A stretch of DNA of 64,000 nucleotides from Mobula hypostoma (taxonomy: Eukaryota), in contig NC_086097.1 of NCBI RefSeq assembly GCF_963921235.1, forward strand, positions 195,302,001 to 195,366,000, given 5' to 3'. A model generated the notes under the pieces. It was given only the letters and a program-made list of their open reading frames with translations. It made no database searches and was not told the DNA's origin. Position 1 is the stretch's first letter, and each line of letters opens with the position of its first letter. Shown here one piece after another: positions 26,401 to 37,139 of the stretch. The position numbers and the translations under genes are program-made.

Positions 26401-27627
26401 TTGTAGATAGTGTAGAGGATTGTCAAAGATTGCAGAGAGACATTGATAGGAAGCAGAAGTGGGCTGAGAAGTGGCAGATGGAGTTCAACCCGGAGAAGTG
26501 TGAGGTGGTACACTTTGGAGGGACAAACTCCAAGACAGAGTACAAAGCAAATGGCAGGATACTTGGTAGTGTGGAGGAGCAGAGGGATCTTGGAGTACAT
26601 GTCCACAGATCCCTGAAATTTGCCTCACAGGTGGATAGGGTAGTTAAGAAAGATTATGGGGTGTTAGCTTTCATAAATCGAGGGATAGAGTTTAAGAGTC
26701 GCGATGTAATGATGCAGCTCTATAAAACTCTGGTTAGGCCACACTCTGAGTACTGTGTCCAGTTCTGGTCACCTCACTATAGGACGGATGTGGAAGCATT
26801 GGAAAGGGTACAGAAGAGATTTACCAGGATGCTGCCTGGTTTAGAGAGTATGCATTATGATCAGAGATTAAGGGAGCTGGGGCTTTACTCTTTGGAGAGA
26901 AGGAGGATGAGAGGAGACATGATAGAGGTGTACAAGGTAATAAGAGGAATAGATAGGATAGCCAGCGCCTCTTCCCCAGGGCACCACTGCTTAATACAAG
27001 AGGGCGTGGCTTTAAGGTAAGGGGTGGGAAGTTGAAGGGGGATATTAGAGGAAGGTTTTTTTACTCAGAGTGGTTGGTGCGTGGAATGCACTGCCTGAAT
27101 CAATGATGGAGGCTGATACACTAGTGAAGTTTAAGAGACTACTAGACAGGTATATGGAGGAATTTAAGATGGGGGCTTAAATGGGAGGCAGGGTTTGAGG
27201 GTCGGCACAACATTGTGGGCCGAAGGGCCTGTATTGTGCTGTACTATTCTATGTTCTATGTTCTATGTTCTATCCGCATATCTGAAATTATTGATGTTTT
27301 CACTGCAAACTTTGATTCCCAAGATGTCTCTTATTTTTTGTAATATTGTTTCACTGTCCACATTTAACAAATCAGGGGAGAAAACACAACCTTGTCTAAC
27401 GCCTCTCTTTGATTTTCGTAAACTGACTCACTTCTCCCTCTATTCTTACAGCAGCAGTTTGTTCCCAGTACAGATTTCTAATTAGATGGAGGTCTTTCGA
27501 ATCTATATCTAGAGTTTCCTGTAATATTTCAAATAACTTATTGTGCTTCACTTTATCAAATGCTTTTGTGTAGTCAATAAAACAAACAAACAAATCTTTT
27601 TGCAGTTTAGAGTCATACCCAGGACTG
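23491..27627 (-). mobile_element. RTE-clade LINE, 5'-truncated, interrupted by CR1
   Basis: CFIDYTKAFDKV, GVRQGC, FRYAD|DTVLI, FRYLG, LKCYVYPVMLYG, IEAAEM; (TGA)n tail; 12-bp TSD aaaaaaggtcat at 23479-23490 and 27628-27639. Confidence 0.92.
24267..27271 (+). mobile_element. Young CR1 (family A, copy 2), near-complete ORF2 (APE endonuclease plus RT) with frameshifts
   Basis: [51 protein letters not shown]; (TTCTATG)n tail. Confidence 0.95.
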
Positions 27628-27936
27628 AAAAAAGGTCATACAGAGAGCTTTTGGCACATTGCCCTACATAAATCACATTACTGAGTACAGGAGTTGGAAT
27701 GCTATGTATAAGACATTTGTGAGACCAAATTTGGGGTATTGTGAACAGTTCTGATCAGCTGCCTACAAGAAAGATATCAATAAGAATGAAAGAGTACGAA
27801 AAAGAAATTAGAAGAATTTTGCCAGGATTGAAGAACCTGAGTTATAGGAAAGGATTGAACAGGTTAGGGTTAGAGTAGAAGAGAATGAGTACATATTTGA
27901 TAGAGGGAGGCAAAATTATGAGGAGTATAGTTAGGG

Positions 27937-30145
27937 CAATAATTCCCAGTGGGGGGCAGATACATGTCCTGAAGGGGCATTAGTAGAAGTCATGGGGGTG
28001 GGGGCAGTAAGTGGCATCCTAACTTGAGGCAGGAATCTGACTGACAGTGCCAACTTGCTGACGTCATCAAGATATGATAGTTATTTCCAGTCTGTGTTAA
28101 TTTTTTACTTTAATTTAGCCCTGATAATGATGGATAAATATGTACCACACAATCTCTATGAGTCTGAAAGTGGTGAATCCTTGAATTCTAATCCTGTTAA
28201 GAAACAGAAACTACAGAAAGTGTATCAATACAAAGTTACATACCAGGAGTATGGTTTTATTCTCTTCCTGTCAGATCAGCAATGTCCCATGTGTTTTATT
28301 TGTAATACTGTACTGTCTAGTGAAGCATTGAAACCATCAAGATTGTGGGAACACTTCGTAAAAGACACCCTGAAAAGGCTACTTATGGTATTATTCAGTT
28401 CCAGAAGATGAAAGAAGCATTTGAGAAGTATTGCACATGAATCATTTGGTAAGAAAGCTAAAAATGACCTTGATAGTGGTTTCATTGCTTCTTATAACAT
28501 TTCAGAAATGATAGTAAAGTATGGAAAATCTCATACAATTGGTGAAAGATTAATAATGCCTGCTTTATCAGAAGTGCTCACCACTGTTCACAAAATGGAT
28601 ACCAGTATTTTAAAATAAATTCCTCTGAGTCATGTAGCTTGGCTTATTGACAAATTGAGTGAAGACGGTGAGTATCAACAATGCACAGAACTGCAAAAAA
28701 AATAATTTGGGATACAACTAGATGAATCAATTGTGCAAGACAATGAGGCATTGCTCATGGCATATGTATGGTTTATCAAAAATGGAGAAGTTTATGAAGA
28801 GATTCTCTTCTGCAAAAAGTTAAAAACAAATATCAATGGAGAATCAATCTATAACAAGGTCAAAGTGTATATTGAGGGTAAAAGTATTCCGGTTAGGATC
28901 ATGGTTTCTTATGCAACAGATGGAGCACCATATATGACAGGTCATCATACTGGTTTAGTGGTGTTTATGAAATAAGAAATTCCAAGTCTGTTTGCAGTCC
29001 ATTACATAATTCATCTCAACATCTCTCAGCCAAAAACCTCAGCCAGTGACTTTTTTCAAGCATGTCTCTTGTAATATCTGCTGTCAACAAAATTAAGGCT
29101 CGTCCATTAAATAGCAGAATACTTCACCAGTTATTGCAAGATAATGATGAAGAGTTTGAATGTTTGCTTCTTCATACTGAAGTATGTTAGCTGTCAAAAG
29201 GCTGCTGTTTAAAACATTTCTTTGATCTTTTTGAAACTAGTTGAATTTTTGCACAAGGTCAACAGGAGATTGGGAAACAAGATTGAACTTTTACATGGAG
29301 ACGTGACATACCTGGCTGATCTGAATGATAAAATGAACATTCTAAATATGAAACAGCAGGGTGAGAATTTCAATTTAATCCAGGGAAAAGTGTAGTGTCC
29401 ACTTTTATTGGAAAATTGGAAACTTAGGGAGAAGAATGTTCTCATAGTTGCCCTGCATGGAAAGTATAGCACACTCTTTCACAGACAGTGATTTGCAAGA
29501 GTACTGTTTACATCTGCAGTCACTGAAGCAGGATTTTCAGAATCAATTCAAAGATTTGAATCATCTTGAAAGTCCAGTCTGGGTAATTAACCCATTTTTT
29601 GCAAAGTGGAAAAAGAAGAGAGTTTGCAAGGAGAAATTATCGAATAATGAAGAAGCAAAAATGCTTTTGAAAAATGCTGGCTTTTCTGGTATGTGTCTAC
29701 ACTGTCATATGAAGTTTCCAGGTCTTGGGAGAAGAGCCAAACTGCTCTTCATTGCATTTCGATCTTCCTACCTTGTTAAAAGAGTCTTCAGTACAGTAAA
29801 CCACACACTCACTAAAAACAGTAACCGCTTGGACATTGTTACATGTGGGAACTTAAGGCTTTTGCTGTCACAAATTGAACCAGATATTTCAACTCTTGCT
29901 AAGAACCATCAAGCTCAAGGATCACATTGATATTGAAGCTGCTGTACAGCGCATGGGTACTGTGTAAGCTAGGTTTAAAAACAAATAAAAAATTAAAGCA
30001 GAATCACTTTTCTCATGTTAGCAGATGATAGAAATGTTTTTACACTATGGGGGTGTCAAAAAGTATATTGTGCCTTACAGGGGTGTTGGCAAGTAGAAGA
30101 TGCTTTGGGAGGTGGTGTTGGGCTAAAAAAGGTTGGGAAATACTG
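27937..30145 (+). mobile_element. Full-length hAT (Buster/Charlie, ZBED5/SCAND3-like) transposon with pseudogenised transposase
   Basis: Perfect 8-bp TSD agttaggg (27929-27936, 30146-30153); termini caataattccc / gggaaatactg; CPMCFIC..LKPSRL, HTIGERLI, QLDES, TDGAP, SSYLV..VFS, HQAQGSH*. Confidence 0.92.
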
Positions 30146-30509
30146 AGTTAGGGTTAATGCAGACAGGCTTTTCTCATTGTGTGAACCAGAACTAGATGTC
30201 ATAGGTTATGGGTGAAAGGTGAAATATTTAAGGAAAAATCTGTGGTGCAAATGTGGAATAAGCTGCCAGCAGAAGCGGTGGATGGTGATTTAAGAGAAAT
30301 TTGGATATATACTTGAATAGGAGGTGTGAGGAGTGCTATCTTTAAAATGTGGGTTGATGTAATTGGGCAGAATAACAGATCGGCATGGACTGACTAGATG
30401 GGCTGAACGGAATGGAATAAAGTGTAGGGAAATGTCTGGTTATGCACTTTGGTAGAAGAAAAAAAGGCATAGACTATTTTCTATAAGGTGTTGGTCAGAC
30501 TGTACTTTA

Positions 30510-31510
30510 AATCAAATCATGTTTAATTATCATTCAAACCACACAAAGATACAGCTGAACGAGACAGCGCTCCTCGGGGGTCAAAATAGCAAGCAAACTT
30601 CAAAGTAGGTTACATAATTCAAAAAAGTGAGCAAAGAAGCATAATCATTCAGAAAAACATTTTTTTTTTAATCTATATAATTCAAGACCCTGAGCAATAA
30701 TGTCCGGCAATCGATGGTACAGTCTCCTGGTAGTGTGCATTGCCCGCAACCCAGCCTGTGGTTCCACCACTCGAACATGAGAGGGCAGCACCAATGAGAG
30801 AGGCCCGGCCATAGCCAAGATCGGACACCATGCTGTAGCACTTCCCGGTTTACAGCAGCAAGCAAGCCCGAGGCTTGAGGCCTAGTCTCACTGCAGCTGA
30901 CTACAAGCTCCCCTGTTGACCGTCCCTCCACCAGACAAGGATAACAGGCTCGAGGCAACTTACATCATCACTGTCCAGCAGAGTCTTGTGATCGCAAGTG
31001 AAATGTCCGTGACAATCTCCCAAGGTTATACCGCACCAACTTTGATGCTTCTAAGAAGTGGGCAGCATCACGGTCTGCAGCCAGGCCTGCTCCTCCGTAT
31101 CCAAACTGGCTCCTCAGATACACCGGCGAGCTCCTCCCATATCCCAACGAGCTCCTGTGACATCCTGGTGCGCTCCTCCAAATCCCGACAGACTCCTCCA
31201 ATATCCCCATTGTCTCCTTTCCCGACATCTCAACGTACTCCTTCGACACCTCGGCCAGCTCTCTCTCCAAATCACAGCCGGCCCCTTCAACACATCAGCC
31301 AGCTCATTCTACAACATAGCAGCTGGCCCCTTCTTGCTTGGCTCCACCACTGACACCAGTCTAGCTCACTAATGGAGTGGCCCTGCAGTACATAAAGCTC
31401 TTGGAGTAGAGTTGTCTTTAGATTGATAAAATCATATTTTACAAAGAAAAAAGCACTTTTGATTAGCCCCTAGGAGGCCACTGCATTCGTGCGTGTCGCC
31501 ATCTTACCAG
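30510..31510 (-). mobile_element. Putative non-autonomous LINE-derived element (~1 kb)
   Basis: - strand starts ggtaagatggcg (typical LINE 5' motif) and ends in an attaaacatgatttgattt tail; no RT between. Confidence 0.5.
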
Positions 31511-31671
31511 AGATCCTCTGGTGCTACCTGAAGTGTCGTGAGCACTTTTCAGAAACAGAATCAGGTTTATTATCACCAGCAAGTGTCATGAAATTTGTTA
31601 ACTTGGCAGCAGCAGTTAGAAAAAAAAAATAATAATAATAAATAAATAAATTACATTATAAAGATATAAAA

Positions 31672-32133
31672 ACATAGAAAATAGGTGCAGGAGTAGGCCA
31701 TTCCGCCCTTCGAGCCTGCACTGCCATTCAGTATGATCATGGCTGATCATCCAACTCAGAACCCTGTACCAGCCTTCCCTCCATACCCCCGATCCCTTTA
31801 GCCACAAGAGCCATATCTAACTCCCTCTTAAATATAGCTAATGAACTGGCCTCAACTGTTTCCTGTGGCAGAGAATTCGACAGATTCAGCACTCTCTGTG
31901 TGAAGAAGTTTTTCCTCATCTCGGTCCTAAAAGGCTTCCCCTTTATCCTTAAACTGTGACCCCTCGTTCTGGACTTCCCCAACATCGGGAACAATCTTCC
32001 TGCATCTAGCCTGTCCAATCCCTTTAGGATTTGATACGTTTCAATAAGATTCCCCCTCAATCTTCTAAATTCCAGTGAGTATAAGCCTAGTCGATCCAGT
32101 CTTTCATCATATGAAAGTCCTGCCGTCCCAGGA
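31672..32133 (-). mobile_element. Young CR1 3' end (same family as 34731-37064)
   Basis: MRGNLIETYQILKGLDRLDAGRLFPMLGKSRTRGHSLRI is nearly identical to the C-terminus at 36700-36976. Confidence 0.92.
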
Positions 32134-32134
32134 G

Positions 32135-32915
32135 CTTAGGAGAATGATGGTGCCTAACAGCAACTCCTTTGCTTGCATCTTCGGAAACAGCTCTATTTCT
32201 ACCTTTAATATCTTTATTTTTCTCTTTCAGGTTTTTTTTTGAAGATCCTGATCTGGAGTTACACACTGACTTTGGTTCTTTGGGGGAATGGGACCCGCTC
32301 TCGGGGTCCCACGACTGGCCGCTATTCGTTATGCCAAGGATGCGGCCTAGAAAACTAGTGTGCCTTCAGAGTTCCAGGATTTCGTGTCCCTGGAGGTGGG
32401 TGAACACGAGATCAGTGCTGTCACAGGAATTTGGTGTCTTGTGGGAGATGGAAGATTGAAAGTAGCAAGCTGGCTGCCAGCTGTGTGCCCAGAGATCCGA
32501 GTTCTTTGGGCATAGAGCTCAGAAGAAGTGAAGCAATAGACTCATCTCTCGCTGTGAAATGGGGACACTTCTTTTTCCCTTATTAGGGAGAGAGAAAGCC
32601 TATGTTATGTCGAATTACTGGTGAACGAGTAGTTTTTGGGGTACTGCAAGTCTGTGTCTTTTTGATGCTTTGCTGCACTCTGGAGTGTTCGGTGGGGGGC
32701 ACTGATGCTTTTGTTGCTGGTGGGGAGGGGGATCGTTGCTTTGCTACTGCCTATGTATGGGAGGAAGGGGAGCTGGGGGGGATTTTGGGGTTCTAACATT
32801 TAACTGTCCTTCATTCTTTGGGGCACTCCTCTGTTTTTGTGGATGTTTGGGAAGAAAAAGAATTTCAGAATGTATATTGTATACATTTCTCTGATATCAA
32901 CTGTATCTTTGAAAT
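32135..32915 (+). mobile_element. Putative non-autonomous retroelement
   Basis: atgatggtgcc 5' motif; 3' end aagaatttcagaatgtatattgtatacatttctctgatatc resembles Rex-type 3' UTRs; no ORF similarity seen. Confidence 0.45.
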
Positions 32916-34726
32916 GTATATTGAATAGATTAAATATCATGCAAAAAGAAAAAAATAATATATATTAAAAAAGTGAGGTAGTGTCCAAGGGTTCAATGTC
33001 CATTTAGGAATTGTATGGCAGAGGGGAAGAAGCTGTTCCTGAATCATTGAGTGTGTGCCTTCAGGCTTCTGTACCTCCTACCTGAGGAAAGTGAGAAAAG
33101 GGCAAGTCCTGGGTGCTGTGGGGTCCTTAATAATGGATGCTGCCTTTCTGAGACTCTACTCCTTGAAGATGTCCTGGGTACTTTGTAGGCTAGTGCCCAA
33201 GACAGAGCCGACTAAAGTTATGACCCTCTGCAGCTTTCTTCGGTCCTGTGCCGTAGCATTCCCCCTCCCCATACCAGACAGTGAAGCAGCCTGTCAGAGT
33301 GCTCTCCATGATACATCCATATAAGTTTTTGAGTGTTTTTCTTGACATATCAAATCTCTTCAAACTCCTAACCTAAGAAAAGATATGTTGGCATTGGAGA
33401 GGGCCCAGTGAAGGTTCACGAGAGTGATTCCTGGAAAGAAAAGTTTAAGTATGAGGAGCATTTGATGGCTTTGGACCTGCACTCAATGGAGCTCAGAAGA
33501 ATGAGTTGGAATCTCATTGAAACCTATACCAAAGAATGAATCACAATGGGTCATGGGTCTCTTATCAAAGATATACGATGCAAGGAAGACTGGCTAAGCA
33601 ACAGCAAACTAAGATCATGTAGAAATGTGTTATTTTCAGGTTGGCAACGTATAACTAATAGTATGCCACAGGGATCATTAGATCTTCATCCATTTACCAT
33701 CATTTAGAAACTGTGTATATCAAATTCAAAAGGTCCCACATGGAAGGTTGGTCAAGAAGGTTCAGTAGCTCGACATTCAAGATGAAGTAATAAATTGGAT
33801 TAGATATCGGCTTTTAGGGAGAAGCCATGAAGTGGTAGTGGATGGTTGCATGAGGGGAACATGAGGGAGAAACTCTTCACGCAGAGGATCATGAGAGTGT
33901 GGAATGAACTGCAAGTGTGGAGTACAAGCTCAATTTCAATGTTCAAGGGAGGTTTGGATAGGTACATGGATGGTAGGGGTATGGAGGCCTATGCCCAGTT
34001 GCACGTTGATGGGAGTAGCCAGTTTAAATTGTTAAGCATCAATTAGATGGGCCAAAGGACTTGTTTCTTTGTTGTATTTGTTGTAAGTTTCAAAAGGACA
34101 CAAAAACTTTGCAAAGTTATAGACGCGTTAAACAAGTGATCAAATACTGGTCAAGTTGCCAGTCCTCATTGGGAGATTGGAGATGGAGAGGGTTAGCAAC
34201 TTTAAATTCCTGGGCGTTATCATATCAGAGGATGTATCCTACAACCAGCACGTAAGTGCTATTTCAAAGAAGGCACAGTAGCTCCTCAACTTTCTTCGAA
34301 GTTTGTGGAGATCGGGCTTGTCATCTAAAACTTTGCCAAACCTATAGATGCACAGTGGAAAGTATTCTGAATGGTTGCATCATGGCCTGGTATGAAAAAA
34401 AAAACAACGCCTAGATCAGAAATGCCTTCAAAAAGTGGAGGATACAGCCCAGTTTATCACAGGAAAATCCCTCCCCACCATTGAGCACATCTACAAGGAG
34501 CACTAAGGATCATAACCTAAGGACTCACTTTCAAGCACTCGACAGCGTATGTTCTCAGTATTATTTATGTATTTGTTTGTTTGCTTATGTATTTATTATT
34601 TGCTCTTTATTGATTTGCATAATTTGTGTTCTTTTACTCATTGGTTGCTTGACAGTCTTTGTTCATGTGCAGTTTTTCATTGACTTTGTTGTATTTCCTT
34701 GTTCTACTGTGAATTTCTGCAAGAAT

Positions 34727-36976
34727 ATGAGCAATGAGGAAGGGTTAATTAGCGATCTTGTCGTGAGAGGCCCCTTGGGTAAGAGTGACCATAATATGGT
34801 GGAATTCTTCATTAACATGGAGAGTGACGTAGTTAATTCAGAAACAAAGGTTCTGAACTTAAAGAGGGGTAACTTTGAAGGTATGAGACATGAATTAGCT
34901 AAGATAGACTGGCAAATGACACTTCAAGGATTGACGGTGGATATGCAATGGCAGGCATTTAAGGGTTGCATGGATGAACTACAACAATTGTTCATCCCAG
35001 TTTGGCAAAAGAATAAATCAAGGAAGGTAGTGCACCCGTGGCTGACAAGAGAAATTAGGGATAGTATCAATTCCAAAGAAGTAGCATACAAATTAGCCAG
35101 AGAAAGTGGCTCACCTGAGGACTGGGAGAAATTCAGAGTTCAGCAGAGGAGGACAAAGGGCTTAATTAGGAAGGGGAAGAAAGATTATGAGAGAAAACTG
35201 GCAGAGAACATAAAAACGGACTGTAAAAGCTTTTATAGATATGTAAAAAGGAAAAGACTGATAAAGACAAATGTAGGTCCCCTGCAAACAGAAACAGGTG
35301 AATTGATTATGGGGAGCAAGGACATGGCAGACCAATTGAATAATTACTTTGGTTCTGTCTTCACTAAGGAGGACATAAATAATCTTCCAGAAATAGTAAG
35401 GGACAGAGGGTCCAGTGAGATGGAGGAACTGAGCGAAATACATGTTAGTAGGGAAGTGGTGTTAGGTAAATTGAAGGGATTGAAGGCAGATAAATCCCCA
35501 GGGCCAGATGGTCTGCATCCCAGAGTGCTTAAGGAAGTGGCCCAAGAGATAGTGGATGCATTAGTGATAATTTTTCAAAACTCGTTAGATTCTGGACTAG
35601 TTCCTGAGGATTGGAGGGTGGCTAATGTAACCCCACTTTTTAAAAAAGGAGGGAGAGAGAAACCGGGGAATTATAGGCCGGTTAGCCTAACGTCGGTGGT
35701 GGGGAAACTGCTGGAGTCAGTTATCAAGGATGTGATAACAGCACATTTGGAAAGCGGTGAAATGATCGGACAAAGTCAGCATGGATTTGTGAAAGGAAAA
35801 TCATGTCTGACGAATCTCATAGAATTTTTTGAGGATGTAACTAGTAGAGTGGATAGGGGAGAACCAGTGGATGTGGTATATTTGGATTTTCAAAAGGCTT
35901 TTGACAAGGTCCCACATAGGAGATTAGTGTGCAAACTTAAAGCACACGGTATTGGGGGTAAGGTATTGGTGTGGGTGGAGAATTGGTTAGCAGACAGGAA
36001 GCAAAGAGTGGGAATAAACGGGACCTTTTCAGAATGGCAGGCGGTGACTAGTGGGGTACCGCAAGGCTCAGTGCTGGGACCCCAGTTGTTTACAATATAT
36101 ATTAATGACTTGGATGAGGGAATTAAATGCAGCATCTCCAAGTTTGCGGATGACACGAAGCTGGGTGGCAGTGTTAGCAGTGAGGAGGATGCTAAGAGGA
36201 TGCAGGGTGACTTGGATAGGTTGGGTGAGTGGGCAAACTCATGGCAGATGCAATTTAATGTGGATAAATGTGAAGTTATCCACTTTGGTGGCAAAAATAG
36301 GAAAACAGATTATTATCTGAATGGTGGCCGATTAGGAAAAGGGGAGGTGCAACGAGACCTGGGTGTCATTATACACCAGTCATTGAAAGTGGGCATGCAG
36401 GTACAGCAGGCGGTGAAAAAGGCGAACGGTATGCTGGCATTTATAGCGAGAGGATTCGAGTACAGGAGCAGGGAGGTACTACTGCAGTTGTACAAGGCCT
36501 TGGTGAGACCACACCTGGAGTATTGTGTGCAGTTTTGGTCCCCTAATCTGAGGAAAGACATCTTTGCCATAGAGGGAGTACAAAGAAGGTTCACCAGATT
36601 GATTCCTGGGATGGCAGGTCTTTCATATGAAGAAAGACTGGATGAACTGGGCTTGTACTCGTTGGAATTTAGAAGATTGAGGGGGGATCTGATTGAAACG
36701 TATAAGATCCTAAAGGGATTGGACAGGCTAGATGCAGGAAGATTGTTCCCGATGTTGGGGAGGTCTAGAACGAGGGGTCACAGTTTGAGGATAGAGGGGA
36801 AGCCTTTTAGGACCGAGGTTAGGAAAAACTTCTTCACACAGAGAGTGGTGAATCTGTGGAATTCTCTGCCACAGCAAACTGTTGAGGCCAGTTCATTAGC
36901 TATGTTTAAAAGGAAGTTAGATATGGCCCTTGTGGCTACAGGGGTCAGGGGGTATGGAGGGAAGGCTGGGTTCTGA
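34727..36976 (+). CDS. Uninterrupted CR1 ORF2 segment: end of endonuclease, linker, complete RT and C-terminus
   Basis: No stop or frameshift; [53 protein letters not shown] at 34727 comes from the target site. Confidence 0.8.
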   Translation: MSNEEGLISDLVVRGPLGKSDHNMVEFFINMESDVVNSETKVLNLKRGNFEGMRHELAKIDWQMTLQGLTVDMQWQAFKGCMDELQQLFIPVWQKNKSRKVVHPWLTREIRDSINSKEVAYKLARESGSPEDWEKFRVQQRRTKGLIRKGKKDYERKLAENIKTDCKSFYRYVKRKRLIKTNVGPLQTETGELIMGSKDMADQLNNYFGSVFTKEDINNLPEIVRDRGSSEMEELSEIHVSREVVLGKLKGLKADKSPGPDGLHPRVLKEVAQEIVDALVIIFQNSLDSGLVPEDWRVANVTPLFKKGGREKPGNYRPVSLTSVVGKLLESVIKDVITAHLESGEMIGQSQHGFVKGKSCLTNLIEFFEDVTSRVDRGEPVDVVYLDFQKAFDKVPHRRLVCKLKAHGIGGKVLVWVENWLADRKQRVGINGTFSEWQAVTSGVPQGSVLGPQLFTIYINDLDEGIKCSISKFADDTKLGGSVSSEEDAKRMQGDLDRLGEWANSWQMQFNVDKCEVIHFGGKNRKTDYYLNGGRLGKGEVQRDLGVIIHQSLKVGMQVQQAVKKANGMLAFIARGFEYRSREVLLQLYKALVRPHLEYCVQFWSPNLRKDIFAIEGVQRRFTRLIPGMAGLSYEERLDELGLYSLEFRRLRGDLIETYKILKGLDRLDAGRLFPMLGRSRTRGHSLRIEGKPFRTEVRKNFFTQRVVNLWNSLPQQTVEASSLAMFKRKLDMALVATGVRGYGGKAGF

Positions 36977-37064
36977 GTTGGATGATCAGCCATGATCATA
37001 ATAAATGGCGGTGCAGGCTCGAAGGGCCGAATGGCCTACTCCTGCACCTATTTTCTATGTTTCT
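34731..37064 (+). mobile_element. Very young 5'-truncated CR1 with 7-bp TSD
   Basis: TSD aatatga at 34724-34730 and 37065-37071; tail ttttctatgtttct. Confidence 0.95.
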
Positions 37065-37139
37065 AATATGAATATCAGGGTAGTATATGGTGACATATAC
37101 ACGCTTAAATAAATTTATCTTGAACTTTAACTATAATAT

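Larger units (their letters stand above)
19760..30410 (+). mobile_element. Old degraded CR1 ORF2 (EN to 3' end) split into pieces by later insertions
   Basis: Colinear pieces ~19760-19957 (CIYFNA..IIGK.DE), 21569-23490, 27640-27936 and 30154-30410, rejoined through TSDs. Confidence 0.8.
31551..33370 (-). mobile_element. Rex1/Babar 3' fragment interrupted by a CR1 3' end and another repeat
   Basis: Tail agaaacagaatcaggtttattat at 31551; resumes at ~32915 with gaagaagctgttcctg and ORF C-terminal similarity. Confidence 0.7.
34090..37130 (+). mobile_element. Rex1/Babar 3' fragment split by CR1
   Basis: NFKFLG, YRCTVESIL-like remnants at 34190-34500; 3' UTR resumes at 37065 and ends aataaatttatcttgaacttt. 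Confidence 0.75.

Noticed and set aside
30916..31372. Overlapping Ser/Pro-rich ORFs
   Set aside because: They lie in a GC-richer repeat and contain no recognisable domain.
34481..34726. Hydrophobic N-terminus of the 831-aa ORF suggesting a membrane-anchored RT
   Set aside because: It is the T-rich 3' UTR of a Rex1 element upstream of the CR1 TSD, with a TTG start; most likely a chance open frame.
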